Source: Eutreptiella sp. 'Long Island Sound 2002' (lineage: Eukaryota > Protista > Euglenida). Taken from it: a stretch of DNA of 64,000 bases. Position numbers and translations under genes: made by a program. The notes under the pieces were generated by a model that saw nothing but the letters and a program-made list of their open reading frames with translations, was not told the DNA's origin and did no database searches. The DNA lies in assembly GCA_964036045.1 (NCBI GenBank), contig OZ038379.1, forward strand, positions 11,470,001 through 11,534,000, read 5' to 3'. Positions 1 to 10,242 of the stretch are shown piece after piece (within the stretch, counting starts at the first letter, position 1; the number at the start of each line of letters is the position of its first letter).

Positions 1-1284
1 CGCCCCCGGCAGCACCTCCAGGGGGTCCCCGACCATGACCCACACCGGGTCCGTGTCGTCCCGCTCGGCGTGCGCGAAGAGCCGGTAGCACACGGTGTAG
101 GGCCCGGCGGGGAGCCGGACGGGGCGCGTGACGTTGACGGTGCTGACGCCGTCCACGGTCACGGCCTCCAGAGCGGTCACGTTGTGCGTGTAGACCGGGG
201 CATAGACGGCCGCGGCGCAGGCTTCGTCGGCGCCCGCGACGAGGGCGATTGCGTCGCCGGGGCCCAGCCCATGGCCCCGCACGGCGATCAGCCAGTCCAC
301 GTCTCGGAGGAGCAGGGCCGGGGTGGTGCTGAAGCCGGACGCGCCGAACACGTCCAGCGGCTGCGGCTGCGGCACCCACGTCGTGTTGCGGACGTTGTAG
401 CACACGAGGTACCGCCCGGCGTCCAGCCGCTGGTCCGTGACGTTCACGGAGTTCTCGCGGTCCGGGTCGGGGGCCGACACCTCCGCCCCCGGGTGCGTGT
501 CGTTGTGGCAGTCCGCGTGCGCACTCGTGTCGACGAGCTTGACCCGGTCGTCGGCCGACAGCGCGTGCCCGTAAACGACGAAAGTGAAGTTCGACGCGCG
601 CGCGGGCGGCGCCGGGTCGCTTCCCCAGCGCGTCGCGCCGGCCACCACAAGCGACCCCGGCAGCCTCAACGCCCCGTACCCGTTGAGGTCATGGCAGACG
701 TCGAACAGGCCCGCCGGGAGCTGCAGCCCCGGCAGCGTCGCGGCCTCCCCGGCGGCGTCGACCATGCCGTCCGTCAGATTGGCGCCCGGGACCCACGGGC
801 CTCCCAGCCACACGCCGCACTCCGCGCCCGATGGCACGACCTTGACAGAGTCATTGCGGCTCAGCCCGAAGCCCTGCAACTCGATGGCGAACGGGACGCC
901 GTGCGCGGGCGACCCTGCGGTGCTCCAAGAGACGCCCCCAGCGACGCGCAGCTCCTGGTGGTGCACCCAGGCCTGCCCCGCGGGGGCGTAGCAGATGTGG
1001 TACGCGCCCGCCGGCACGTTCACCGCGGCGACCGTCAGGCTCGAGCCAAAGGCGTCGCTCGCGACGGTGGCGTTGGTGCCGGCGCCCAGGACCAGCGTGT
1101 TGGAGACGTTGAGGGCGCCGTGGCACGCGTGGGCGACGGGCACGAGGGCGTACTGGTCGCCCTCGCTCAGCGCGCCGGTGGCGCCCCTGAGGGTGAGCGT
1201 GAAGTCGGTCAGCCGCACCGGGGCCGCGGGGCTTGTGGTGAAGCTGAGCGTGGGCCCCTGGAGGGCCGTCAGCAGCCACCCCAC
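1..1284 (-). CDS. Exon 4 of the surface repeat protein (4 repeats), running off the window start
   Basis: Polypyrimidine acceptor cctcgtccttttgtAG|GTG at 1284. My translation of the 428 codons (VGWLLTALQGPTLSF...YHICY...FDVCH...YLVCY...YTVCY...LEVLPGA) has no stop down to position 1. Confidence 0.85.
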   Translation of the reverse strand, partial: MGWLLTALQGPTLSFTTSPAAPVRLTDFTLTLRGATGALSEGDQYALVPVAHACHGALNVSNTLVLGAGTNATVASDAFGSSLTVAAVNVPAGAYHICYAPAGQAWVHHQELRVAGGVSWSTAGSPAHGVPFAIELQGFGLSRNDSVKVVPSGAECGVWLGGPWVPGANLTDGMVDAAGEAATLPGLQLPAGLFDVCHDLNGYGALRLPGSLVVAGATRWGSDPAPPARASNFTFVVYGHALSADDRVKLVDTSAHADCHNDTHPGAEVSAPDPDRENSVNVTDQRLDAGRYLVCYNVRNTTWVPQPQPLDVFGASGFSTTPALLLRDVDWLIAVRGHGLGPGDAIALVAGADEACAAAVYAPVYTHNVTALEAVTVDGVSTVNVTRPVRLPAGPYTVCYRLFAHAERDDTDPVWVMVGDPLEVLPGA

Positions 1285-2646
1285 CTACAAAAGGACGAGG
1301 AAGGGGCAGCCAGGGCGGAGGTGAGGGGTGGGCTTGGGGGGGGGGCGCGGTGTCTAGTTATGCATTGTGACCAAGGGCTTTTTTCCGCTTGTATCCTTCT
1401 CACTAACACCGGAAGTGACTCAGCAACTGCGTAGCTGTCCAAGGCAGCCTCCAATGCACAAATGACCGGGTACAGCCATTGTATGGGCAAGCGCTTCTCC
1501 GGCGCTTCCCGGATGGCCAAAGCAACCTCCTCGTCCGCCCTCCACATGCCATTTTTGGCCTTTAACTACTGAATCGCCGCTTGTGAACGCTCCCGAATCC
1601 CAAGCACGGGCAAGGGTATACGGGCCCCCGGGAGAGGGCACCGCGGCGAAACGCCCGGGCCTGACACGAAGCTTCCCACCGTAGAGCGGCGCGCACATGC
1701 GACCAGCCACAATCGTACGATACTCGCGCATGGGCGGCAAAGCACTTCGGGTACAACAGTGCGCACCCCGGGAGCAGCCAGGACCTGCTGTAGTGCCAGC
1801 CACAACTCATGACCCGCAGGCGCCCAACAACCGATTCCGACAACTTCCTGCGGGCATACCCACAAATGTGCCGCGCTTGCACGTACACCCATGCGCAGAA
1901 AACTACGTACAGGCAGCTCAACACGCACACACGCACGCACACATGTACACCAACTGCCCATCGACGACGCTGTTTGGCTCTTCACCTGAAAAATGCCATC
2001 ATTCACACACCCCAGCACACACGCACGCACGGGCGCGCGCACACACACGCGATGAGATCTGCAAGGAAAACAAACAAAGAAGCAGACAACGCTAAACAAG
2101 CGGCTGGAGAAGACTCCACAGGCGCCGCAGAGCAGCTCTTGGCGTCTTTTCTTCTATGGCAGAGTCAAAAGGGTGTGTAAGCTGTCAGGGCAAAGACAGA
2201 CTGACAGACAGATGGATAGACAGACAGGCGTGCACTCCCGCCCAAACCCCACAGATCGCAAGCTCTCCACAGCGGAGCCCATGGTTCACCTACATTGTTG
2301 GGCACCAGCCCCCAACCACACAACAAGAACTGTCGTGAATCTGCCTGAATGAGTAGCAGGGGGGCGACCGCGCACACGCAGGCCTACAGGTGTACCTGTA
2401 GGCAAGACAGTCACAAGGGAGAAAGGTGAGAGCACACACGCGCGCGCGCGCACGCGCAAACAAACGCACACACGCACGCGCGCGCGCGCATGGACACACA
2501 CCCCGCACCAGGAACATCCTCTTGGTTACGTACTCACGGATTGGGTGTTGGGGACAGACACTCCAGATGGCAGGCATGCCCGTCATCCATCACCTCCAGG
2601 GGGGATGAGCACGTGTGCACAACCCACGGAGAAGAAGAGGCGCTAC

Positions 2647-3809
2647 CTGTCGGGCGTTGTAGCAGACACGCATGCCGGCGGCGGGCACAAACGCCCCCTG
2701 CACGAACACGCGCGTCCGGTCCTCGGAGACCTGGGCCGCCGAGAAGTTTGCCCCGGAGTCCATCGCGCAGCCCTCCGCCCCGGACCGAATCGCGTATCGG
2801 TCCGCCGCCACGTCGAATCCGAAGCCCACGATCCAGAGGTTGAAGCTGCTGTTCACGAGCACCGGCACAGGGTCGCTCAGGGCGTAGACCGCGCCGGCGA
2901 CAATCAGGTGCTCGCCGGTGCGCCGGGGCACCGCGTTCCACACGTCCCCGTCCAAGCGGTAGCACACCGTGAAATCCCCGGGGCTCTTGGTCATTCCCGC
3001 GAGCACAACGGTCGTGTTGTCGACGGGAGCCGCGGGCGCCCCGCCAGTGGGGCTCAGCTGCGACTCGCAGTAGCCGACGTCCCCGGTACCACCGACCACC
3101 GCGTACCGGTCACCGGTCGACATGCCGTTTCCGGTGACGATCGGGGTGAAGGCCAGCAGGTTGGAGGCCTCCTCGGGTTCGGTGCGGAAGTACGCCGCGC
3201 CGCGCACCACCACCGGGCCGAGGTCGGGGAACCCAAAGGGCACCCAGAGCCGGTCGCCGAGCTGATAGCACACAGTGTACTCGCCGGCGGGTAGACTCAG
3301 GGCCGGCACCGTCAGCGCAGTGCCGTTGAGCATCTCGCCGGTAACGTTGGTGCCGGGCCCGGCGTCGCGGCACGCGTCCGCGTAGAACCGCAGCGCGTAC
3401 CTGTCCCCGGCCGCGAGGCCGGCCGCGGTCAGCGTCAGGTTGAAGCGCTGGTACGGGAGCAGCGGCGCTGGGTCCGTCCCGATGGCCGCCGCGCCGAACC
3501 GCACCAGCAGGGGCGCGCCCAGTCCCTGCCAGGCCATGTGCCGGAACTTGTAGCACACGGTGTAGCTCTCCGCGTCCCGGGCCTCCAGCACGACGCGCAC
3601 CGTGTCGTTGGTGGCGTTGAGGCCCGCCCCCGTGACGTTTCGGGGGCGTGGTCGCCGCAGGCCTCGGTGGCGGTCAGCACCACGTCCCACTGGTCCCACT
3701 CGGAAAGCCCGTGCCCCGCCACCGTCAGAGTGAAGGGCACGTCCTGCGGCACCGGGGCCGGGTCGGTGACATAGCCGGTGGGCCCCAGGACCACGAATGC
3801 CGGCCCCAC
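2647..3809 (-). CDS. Exon 3 of the surface repeat protein (4 repeats; 1-nt frameshift at G5 run 3642-3646)
   Basis: Acceptor ctcgcAG|GTG, donor CAG|GTAGCG. Length 1163 is one nt short of 388 codons. The frame switches from VGPAFVVLGPT...DHAP (ORF 3435..3950) to RNVTGAGLN... (ORF 2590..3699) at the homopolymer. Confidence 0.85.
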
Positions 3810-5477
3810 CTGCGAGAGGGGCGCGGGATAGGCCCCACGGGCCAGAGGCGAGGAGGGGCAGGGGGGCGTAGAGGCCGCCCGCACACGCGGCGGAGCCTGA
3901 GGAGCCGCATCAGCACCGCCTGCCCGGTGCGCTGGTCCCTCCATTCCCATCCCCCGCCCTTTTCCTTCTTCTGTCCGCTCCCCTGCTCCTCTTCCTCTAC
4001 TTCAATGAGGTCACGTAGCTCAGTCGTCATGCATCTGGGCTGCCAGCAGCTCGGCTCCCCCCCCCCCGCCTCCCCGCGCGCTCTCCAATTTACTTCCTCA
4101 GCAAACGATGCCTGCACAGTACCCCGACCAAACCCTCGGGTGTCTTTGCCTGTCACACTGCTCCCTTCCAATTCGCGTTTACATGGGGGCGGGGGCTCCC
4201 ATGCCATGGCAAAACGCCCCACCCCCCGCTAAGCCCCCCCCCCCCCCCTAAGGAGCATGGTATGGGGAGGGGACCCGCCCCCGTCCCCAAAAATGCATCA
4301 TTGCCCATTTCCTCCCTCCTCAAGGTGTTTGGTGGGTTGGCAGGGGGGGGGGGGGGGCTCTGCATGAAGATGCGCTACTTTGGCCTTGGGGTGCACCACA
4401 CGCACACGTACAGCCGTAAACCCCCAAACCCAAGGGCGCCGTAAAAAATGCACTCTTTTTGAAAACATGCGCACGACAAGGCACCAACTGACTGGAACGG
4501 AAATGTATGACCAATGAAAATTTTACGGCGGTGGCGCTGTAAACATTGACAAATCTCGGTCAAATTCTATTGCCTTTGGCAAGGGGCCTCAAAGAGAGGC
4601 TGACAGTCAGCCAATCCGTCAGTCAGTCAGGGAAGCAGTCAGTCAGGGATACGCGAATGACACCCCAAAAGGGGGTGTATGGTGTCCGCAACTACGCTTG
4701 ATCTCTCTTCGAGGTGATTTTGCATTTTCTCTACACCGAGTTGTATCTGAAAAACACAGTTCTAGCAACAGCCGAAACTAGTAGCGCACGATGTGGACCT
4801 TGTTTGGATATGGTACGACGGGTCATTGGCAACCCTTGGGGAATGTGTAAAGCAGATCCACAAAAAGACAGATAGTTATAAGTTGCATTCTCCAGACAAT
4901 TTAAAAGACATCTCCCTAATTGCACAACTGCAAGGAGGGAAACATTGATCAAATGAAACCCGAACACACTGTCAATGCTCCCATTTTTTGTAATGTTTGG
5001 TGTAGAGATTAATTCTCAATGCGAAATCTCCCTGCAAAAATGTTTACGGTGCCAGTACTGTAAACAAAAATCATCTACCTGGTGATTGGAAACCAATACA
5101 ATAACCAAAAAATATTTTTTCTATCTGAAGGGGAAGGGCAGAGATGGACAAGGGGGAGGGGGTCTACATCGTCCATTGTTGCTTCCCATATGTGCTAAAT
5201 GTGATCCCCCTCATAACCTATGGTAGCTGGGCACACCAGTCAAGACCCCGAATGGGCAATGGGGGATCATTTTGTAGTGGACAAAACAATACGGCGGCGC
5301 CACACAACCCCTGCCCCGCGTATTACTGTTTCTTATTTCCGAAGGCTTCCGCATGATTGCTGTCCATTGTCCACAAAAATTGCATCTTTGTGCAGGCCAA
5401 CGTCCAAAGTCCTTGATGGACATTGCTATTGCTTTGGACAAACACTGTTAGTCCCACAGGGCCCTGGATGGTTGCCA

Positions 5478-5660
5478 TGATTTCTTGGTGCGTTCTGAAC
5501 GGTTGCTCACATTTCTTGGTGCGCTTTGGATGGTTCATGTTATTTCCTGGTGCACTCAGGATGGTTACTATTATTTCTTGGTGCACTTTGGATGTTATTT
5601 CTGTTATTTCCTGGTGTGCTTTGGATGGTTGCTGCTATTTCTTGGTGCACTCTGGATGGA
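5478..5660. repeat. Degenerate ~33-bp tandem repeat (about 6 copies) in intron 2
   Basis: Recurring ATTTC(C/T)TGGTGC(A/G)CT(T/C)TGGATGGTT units. Confidence 0.7.
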
Positions 5661-6339
5661 TGCTCTATGGCAGCTCACATAATCCTACTGCCCGATGGCA
5701 GCACAAAAAAAACAAAATAAATAAAACAATAAAACAAAAGGGACATAGACAAAACACACAAAACAGCCCTGCTGCCCTGCGGTGGCACAATAAAGCCCTC
5801 CTGCCCTGCCGCACCACAAAAAACCCTTTGTGAAAAAAAATTGCAAATGACAAATTGCACCCTCCCATGCCATGGCAAAACCCCCCCTTCTTGGCCCCCC
5901 GCCGTAAGGTTGCCTAGCATGGGACCCCCCCCCACGCAAAAGCGAATTGGTGATGCCCCTGACACTTGAACTAGAGGTCCCAAGTATGAGTCCCAGGCCG
6001 GGTGGTAAGTTGGCACGCACGGCTGTTTCAGGCGCCAGGGTGTCGGTGACCCCACGAGGGGAGGGACACTGCAGGGATAGCTGGCGTGCAGAGATTGCCC
6101 GGTCAACCGCTCCGGAACCCCCCCCCCTTCCTGCAGCCGGCGGGTGCGGGTGGTTCTGCTTTGCGCCCCATCCTGACGCACGGAAGCGGGACCAAGGGGG
6201 GGTCCGTCCAAAAGCACGAAGAAACGTGAATGCCGCCGATGCCCACGAAGAACGCCCATCACGAGAAGTGAGAAGAGGCAGTGAGCGAGCAGACGAGCAG
6301 AAGTGCAGAGAAAAGATGGAAGAGGAGGCCCGTCCATAC

Positions 6340-7377
6340 CTGCAGCCACCCGGTCCGGTTCACATTGTAGCACACGACGTAGCGTCCTGCCGGAAGCTGC
6401 AGCCCTCCCTCCAGAAACCCGGTGGAGCCCGTGAGCAGGCCGCTATGCACTGACCACACGCCGCCGTCACTGAGGGAGTCACACCCCGCGGCCTCGTCCG
6501 AGAAGCCGTACGTGTCCTCGGTCGACAGCCTGATCCCCAGCATCGAGAGGGTGAAATTGGTGGTCTGCTGGGGCTGTGCCGGGGTCACGGCATAGCCGTA
6601 TACCCCCTGGACGGAGAACGCGGGCTCGAACAGGTCCGGCTCCCCCTTCAAGAAGTAGCACACGCGGTACGCGCCCGCGACCAGCGGGTAGACCGGGATT
6701 GTGAGGGTGGCCCGCGGGGGGTCTGCGCCGGTGAACATGCCGCTGGTCACGTTGGTGCGCGCGACGGCGGTGCACTCCTCCGCCTCCAGCGCGATCGCGA
6801 AATGGTCCGCGGTCGAGAGCCCGACACCCTCGACAACCAGCGTCAAGTTGGCGCGTGAAACGGGGACGGCCGGGACCGTGTGCAAGCGGACGGTCCCGGT
6901 GACCTCGAGCGGCGGCTGCAGCGCATGCCACGTGTGGGACTGGTAGCAGAGGTGGTATACCCCGGCGGTCAGCCGCAGGTCCCGCAGCTCGACGGTCTCA
7001 TCGTCCAGCACCATCTCCTCCGTGACGTTGAACGCGGCTGAGGGCGAGTCGCAATCGTCGTCGGGCTGCAGCGCCACCGCGACGCGATCCGCGGCCGCCA
7101 GCCCCACACCGCGCACGACGATCGTGCCGTTGCGCAGCTGCAGGACCGGGGCCTCGGCGCTCGCGTACCCGTGCGGCCCCGCGATCGCGAGCGGCGCATC
7201 GAGGGCGAACCAGGGGTTGTCCCCGAAGCGGTAGCACACCGTGGCGCGCATCGGGCGGGACTCGAGGGTGACCGCGCTGGCGTCGACGCGCGTGCGCTCG
7301 GGGTTGAGCATGCCCTGGGTCACGGCGTAGAACGGCTCTGAATAGTTCCCGCATGGGCTGTGGGCTGCGTCGACGAG
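6340..7377 (-). CDS. Exon 2 of the surface repeat protein (4 repeats)
   Basis: Acceptor ttccacAG|CTC, donor CAG|GTATGG, 1038 nt = 346 codons, phase 0 at both ends. Repeat motifs TVCY, YHLCY, YRVCY and YVVCY spaced about 100 aa apart. Confidence 0.88.
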
Positions 7378-8209
7378 CTGTGGAAAGCGGTGCAATGGGA
7401 AGATGGACCCACCCCCCCCCCCCACGGGTTCTAGCGCTGCTGGCGCCACTGCTGACCCGGCCTAGGGCCGTTTGCCCTGCAAACCTGTATGCGACCCCCC
7501 TGAAATGGGTCGCAACACCGGGTGTTCGCTGGACATGGGCGGCGCAGGGGTCGACGGGTGATGGTTGTTCGTACAGCACCTGCCGGTCACCAACTCCGCT
7601 CACCATCAATGGCACAACGATCATTCCACAGACACGTGGTATCCGTTGCGCCATTCCCTCGGAGTTCTCGGCCCAAAATGTTGTTATCTCAAAACCATTA
7701 CCCCATCAAACGGGGTCCCAGATCGTCCGAACGCCTACTGTTCGTTGGGCACGGTGTGTTGGACAACGGGGGCGGGGGGGTGTTCATCAGGCAGGAGGTG
7801 TGCACCAGCTCCCCAGGTCCCGGGCTTCCATTTCGTTGCGTCTTATCTCAACAACAGCTGTGTTTCTTGTGGCGCCCATGAATTGCACTGTGCAATAGCA
7901 CTTATCCCCCGTGTCAGCCAGGAAACTGTAAAAGCTCTGAGCATTGCACACAACATGGGTGAGGCTTGACGTGTGGCCGGTATGGTCCCCTGGCAGCAAC
8001 GGGGGTTCTGGGCTGGAGCCGGACAGAGACCGGCATCGCGACGCGACAAAAGGGGTTGCGTTGGTGTGCGTGCGTGTGGGACGTGGGGGTTATTTTGAGT
8101 TGGGGGGTGAGAGACATCAAGCGTGTGTCTGGGGGATGGGGTGGTACATTGAATTGTTTTGGGTGTTAGTAAGTGTGTGCGTGGGGCGGGTTACATTCGT
8201 TTTTTTTTC

Positions 8210-8308
8210 GGTGTGTGCGTGTGTGCGTGTGTGCGTGTGTGCGTGTGCGTGTGCGTGTGCGTGTGCGTGTGCGTGTGCGTGTGCGTGCGCGTGCGCGTGC
8301 GCGTGCGT

Positions 8309-8380
<72 letters not shown>
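8210..8380. repeat. Compound microsatellite (TGTGCG)n/(TGCG)n/(TG)n in intron 1
   Basis: Directly visible. Confidence 0.95.
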
Positions 8381-8386
<6 letters not shown>

Positions 8387-8394
8387 GTTGAGAC

Positions 8395-8524
8395 CTGATG
8401 AAGGGGAACTAAGCGAAGGTGGGCCCTTTGGTAGACTTACCATGTTTCACAAACCCACCTACCCACCCACCCACCTACTGGATTGCAACCACTCAAAGGC
8501 AAATGATTTCAAAAAGGAGTGGGA
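8395..8524 (+). repeat. Interspersed repeat copy (family also at ~8680-8745 and ~59215-59345)
   Basis: Shared core GGGGA(A/G)CTAAGCGA(A/G)GGTG...CCTTTGGTAGAC(T/G)TACC; two copies continue into CTGGATTGC.ACCACTCAAAGGCA...TTCAAAAA.GAGTGG. Confidence 0.8.
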
Positions 8525-8922
8525 ATGAAATGTGTGTGTGTGTGTGTGTGTGATCTGTACTTATAGAGGTGGATCCTTGTGCAGCGCTGGGCAGGACGCC
8601 CCATTTGGCTCAGGACTGCTGAGGCCTCTGTGGAACGTTGGACCCTCCCCTTCTGCGGTGTGTGTGTGTGTGTGTGTGGTAAAACCGAATTACGGGGAGC
8701 TAAGCGAGGGTGTAGGTGGAACCTTTGGTAGACGTACCTTGTCAGGGGTAGTGTGTGTGTGGGGGGGGGTACATGTGTTTTTGGGCACGCATGCCTTTTA
8801 AAGGACCGGGGCACCATTGCGAAGGGGGTGGGGGCATTACGTTTTGGGGGTAAGGGGCACTAAATGGATAGCCACACCGCAGCCCTCACAACGGGCCAAA
8901 GGAGGCGAAGGAGGCGACTCAC

Positions 8923-10242
8923 CTGAAACAGATCGCCTTCCGCAAAGGCCTGGCCCTCGAAATAGATGGCGAACTCCTGGGAGCCGTGCACGGACGGCGG
9001 GGCCGTGCTGTACGAGGGGGCGAGTAGGGGCTGGACCTGCAGGCAGTACGGCAGCGACGTGGTCATCTCCCACACCGACGTGTTCACCCACGTGGCCGTC
9101 CAGCACACGATCTCAGGGCTCGTGTGGTTGACAGAGGGCGACAGCGTGTGGACATGCTGCAGGGGGTTGCGCCCGGTTTGCCGGGGAGGCCCGAAATACA
9201 GCGGAATTGAGCCCGGGGACATCACCAGGTATCCGCCGGGATGCGAGGACAGCGAGCGCGCGGCAACGGAGAGGTTGCGCGCGGCGCCCACCAGTGCCAC
9301 GTACCGCGTCCCGGCGGGCGGTGACGGGGCGACGAACGTCGGGATGTCGGGCAGCGCGCAGCCGCCCGCGCCGCACTCCGCGGAGGTGCCGCACGCGACC
9401 CCGGCGAAGGCCCCGGAGGCGTCGTCGCAGCGGCGGCCGAGGTGGTGCAGCTCCACGAGGAAGTCCACGGCGGCGGTCCGGTCGCCGTCGGTGACGACGA
9501 GCTGGAGGCTGTAGAGGCCCCCGTTGACCGTCCCCGTGGCGTTGACCCATGTGATGGACCCCGTGACGGGGTCGATAGTCATGCCGTCCGGGGCCCCCGA
9601 GCCCTCTGCGCTGCCGCTCATTTCTTGGCTCGTGGCGAACCGAAAGTGAGGGATCCGCCCCAAGGGGTCGGCCATCAGCACCGGAGTGAACGTGAAGTTG
9701 TGCTCCCCCACCGGCACGAAGATCCGCACCGTGGGGGTCGTCCCCAGCACCATGCCGGACGTCGCGTTGCTCCGGAAATCGACCCCGGCGGCAATCCGCA
9801 TTGTGGTGTTCGGGTTGTTCTGCAACTCGACCGGCCGGCAGCACGTCTCCACGTACGCCGCGGCCTTGTTGTCCAAGGCCGCGACCGCTACGGGGCTGTA
9901 TGTGTGCGTGACCTTGCATTGCGTGATGACCACGTCCTCCACGTCATCGTGCAACGTAACGACGCAAGTTTCGTTGGAAAAAGCGGTTGACTGCGCGTCG
10001 CCGAAGTGCATGACAAGGTCACCGTATGAAAAGGGGTCCCCAGGCGCAAAGTCTTCCTCCCCGAATTCCGAGGCATTAAAAGCAAAGGTCGACGAGAATT
10101 CGATCGTGTTCGAGGTTTGCCAAGAAGTGTGCCCCGGCTCCTTCACGCGTTGGTAACTGATCGTGGCGTATCGGAATGGGCTTGCCGAGGCGCTCACGAA
10201 CAACCACGTCAAGAGTACCCATGCCGCACGCCCATGAACCAT
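8923..10242 (-). CDS. Exon 1 of a large secreted/surface repeat protein (signal peptide plus N-terminal beta-rich/Ig-like region)
   Basis: ATG at 10242 begins MVHGRAAWVLLTWLFVSASA (hydrophobic signal-like). 1320 nt = 440 codons, GC3-rich, ending at canonical donor CAG|GTGAGT (8922). Contains SPFRYATISY, TCCR..LQN and PDGMTIDPVTGSITW motifs. Confidence 0.85.

Noticed and set aside
70-1434. 454-aa plus-strand ORF, and similar antisense ORFs at 2545..3294 and 57916..58668
   Set aside because: These are antisense shadows of GC3-rich minus-strand exons and show no independent motifs.
8195-8212. TTTTTTTTCG|GT resembling the 3' end of a euglenid spliced-leader exon
   Set aside because: The upstream bases do not match the SL as I recall it, and the motif abuts a microsatellite, so it is probably chance.
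7944-8528. ORFs made of CV/CA/HT dipeptide runs, likewise SL runs at 13087-13422
   Set aside because: These are translations of microsatellites.
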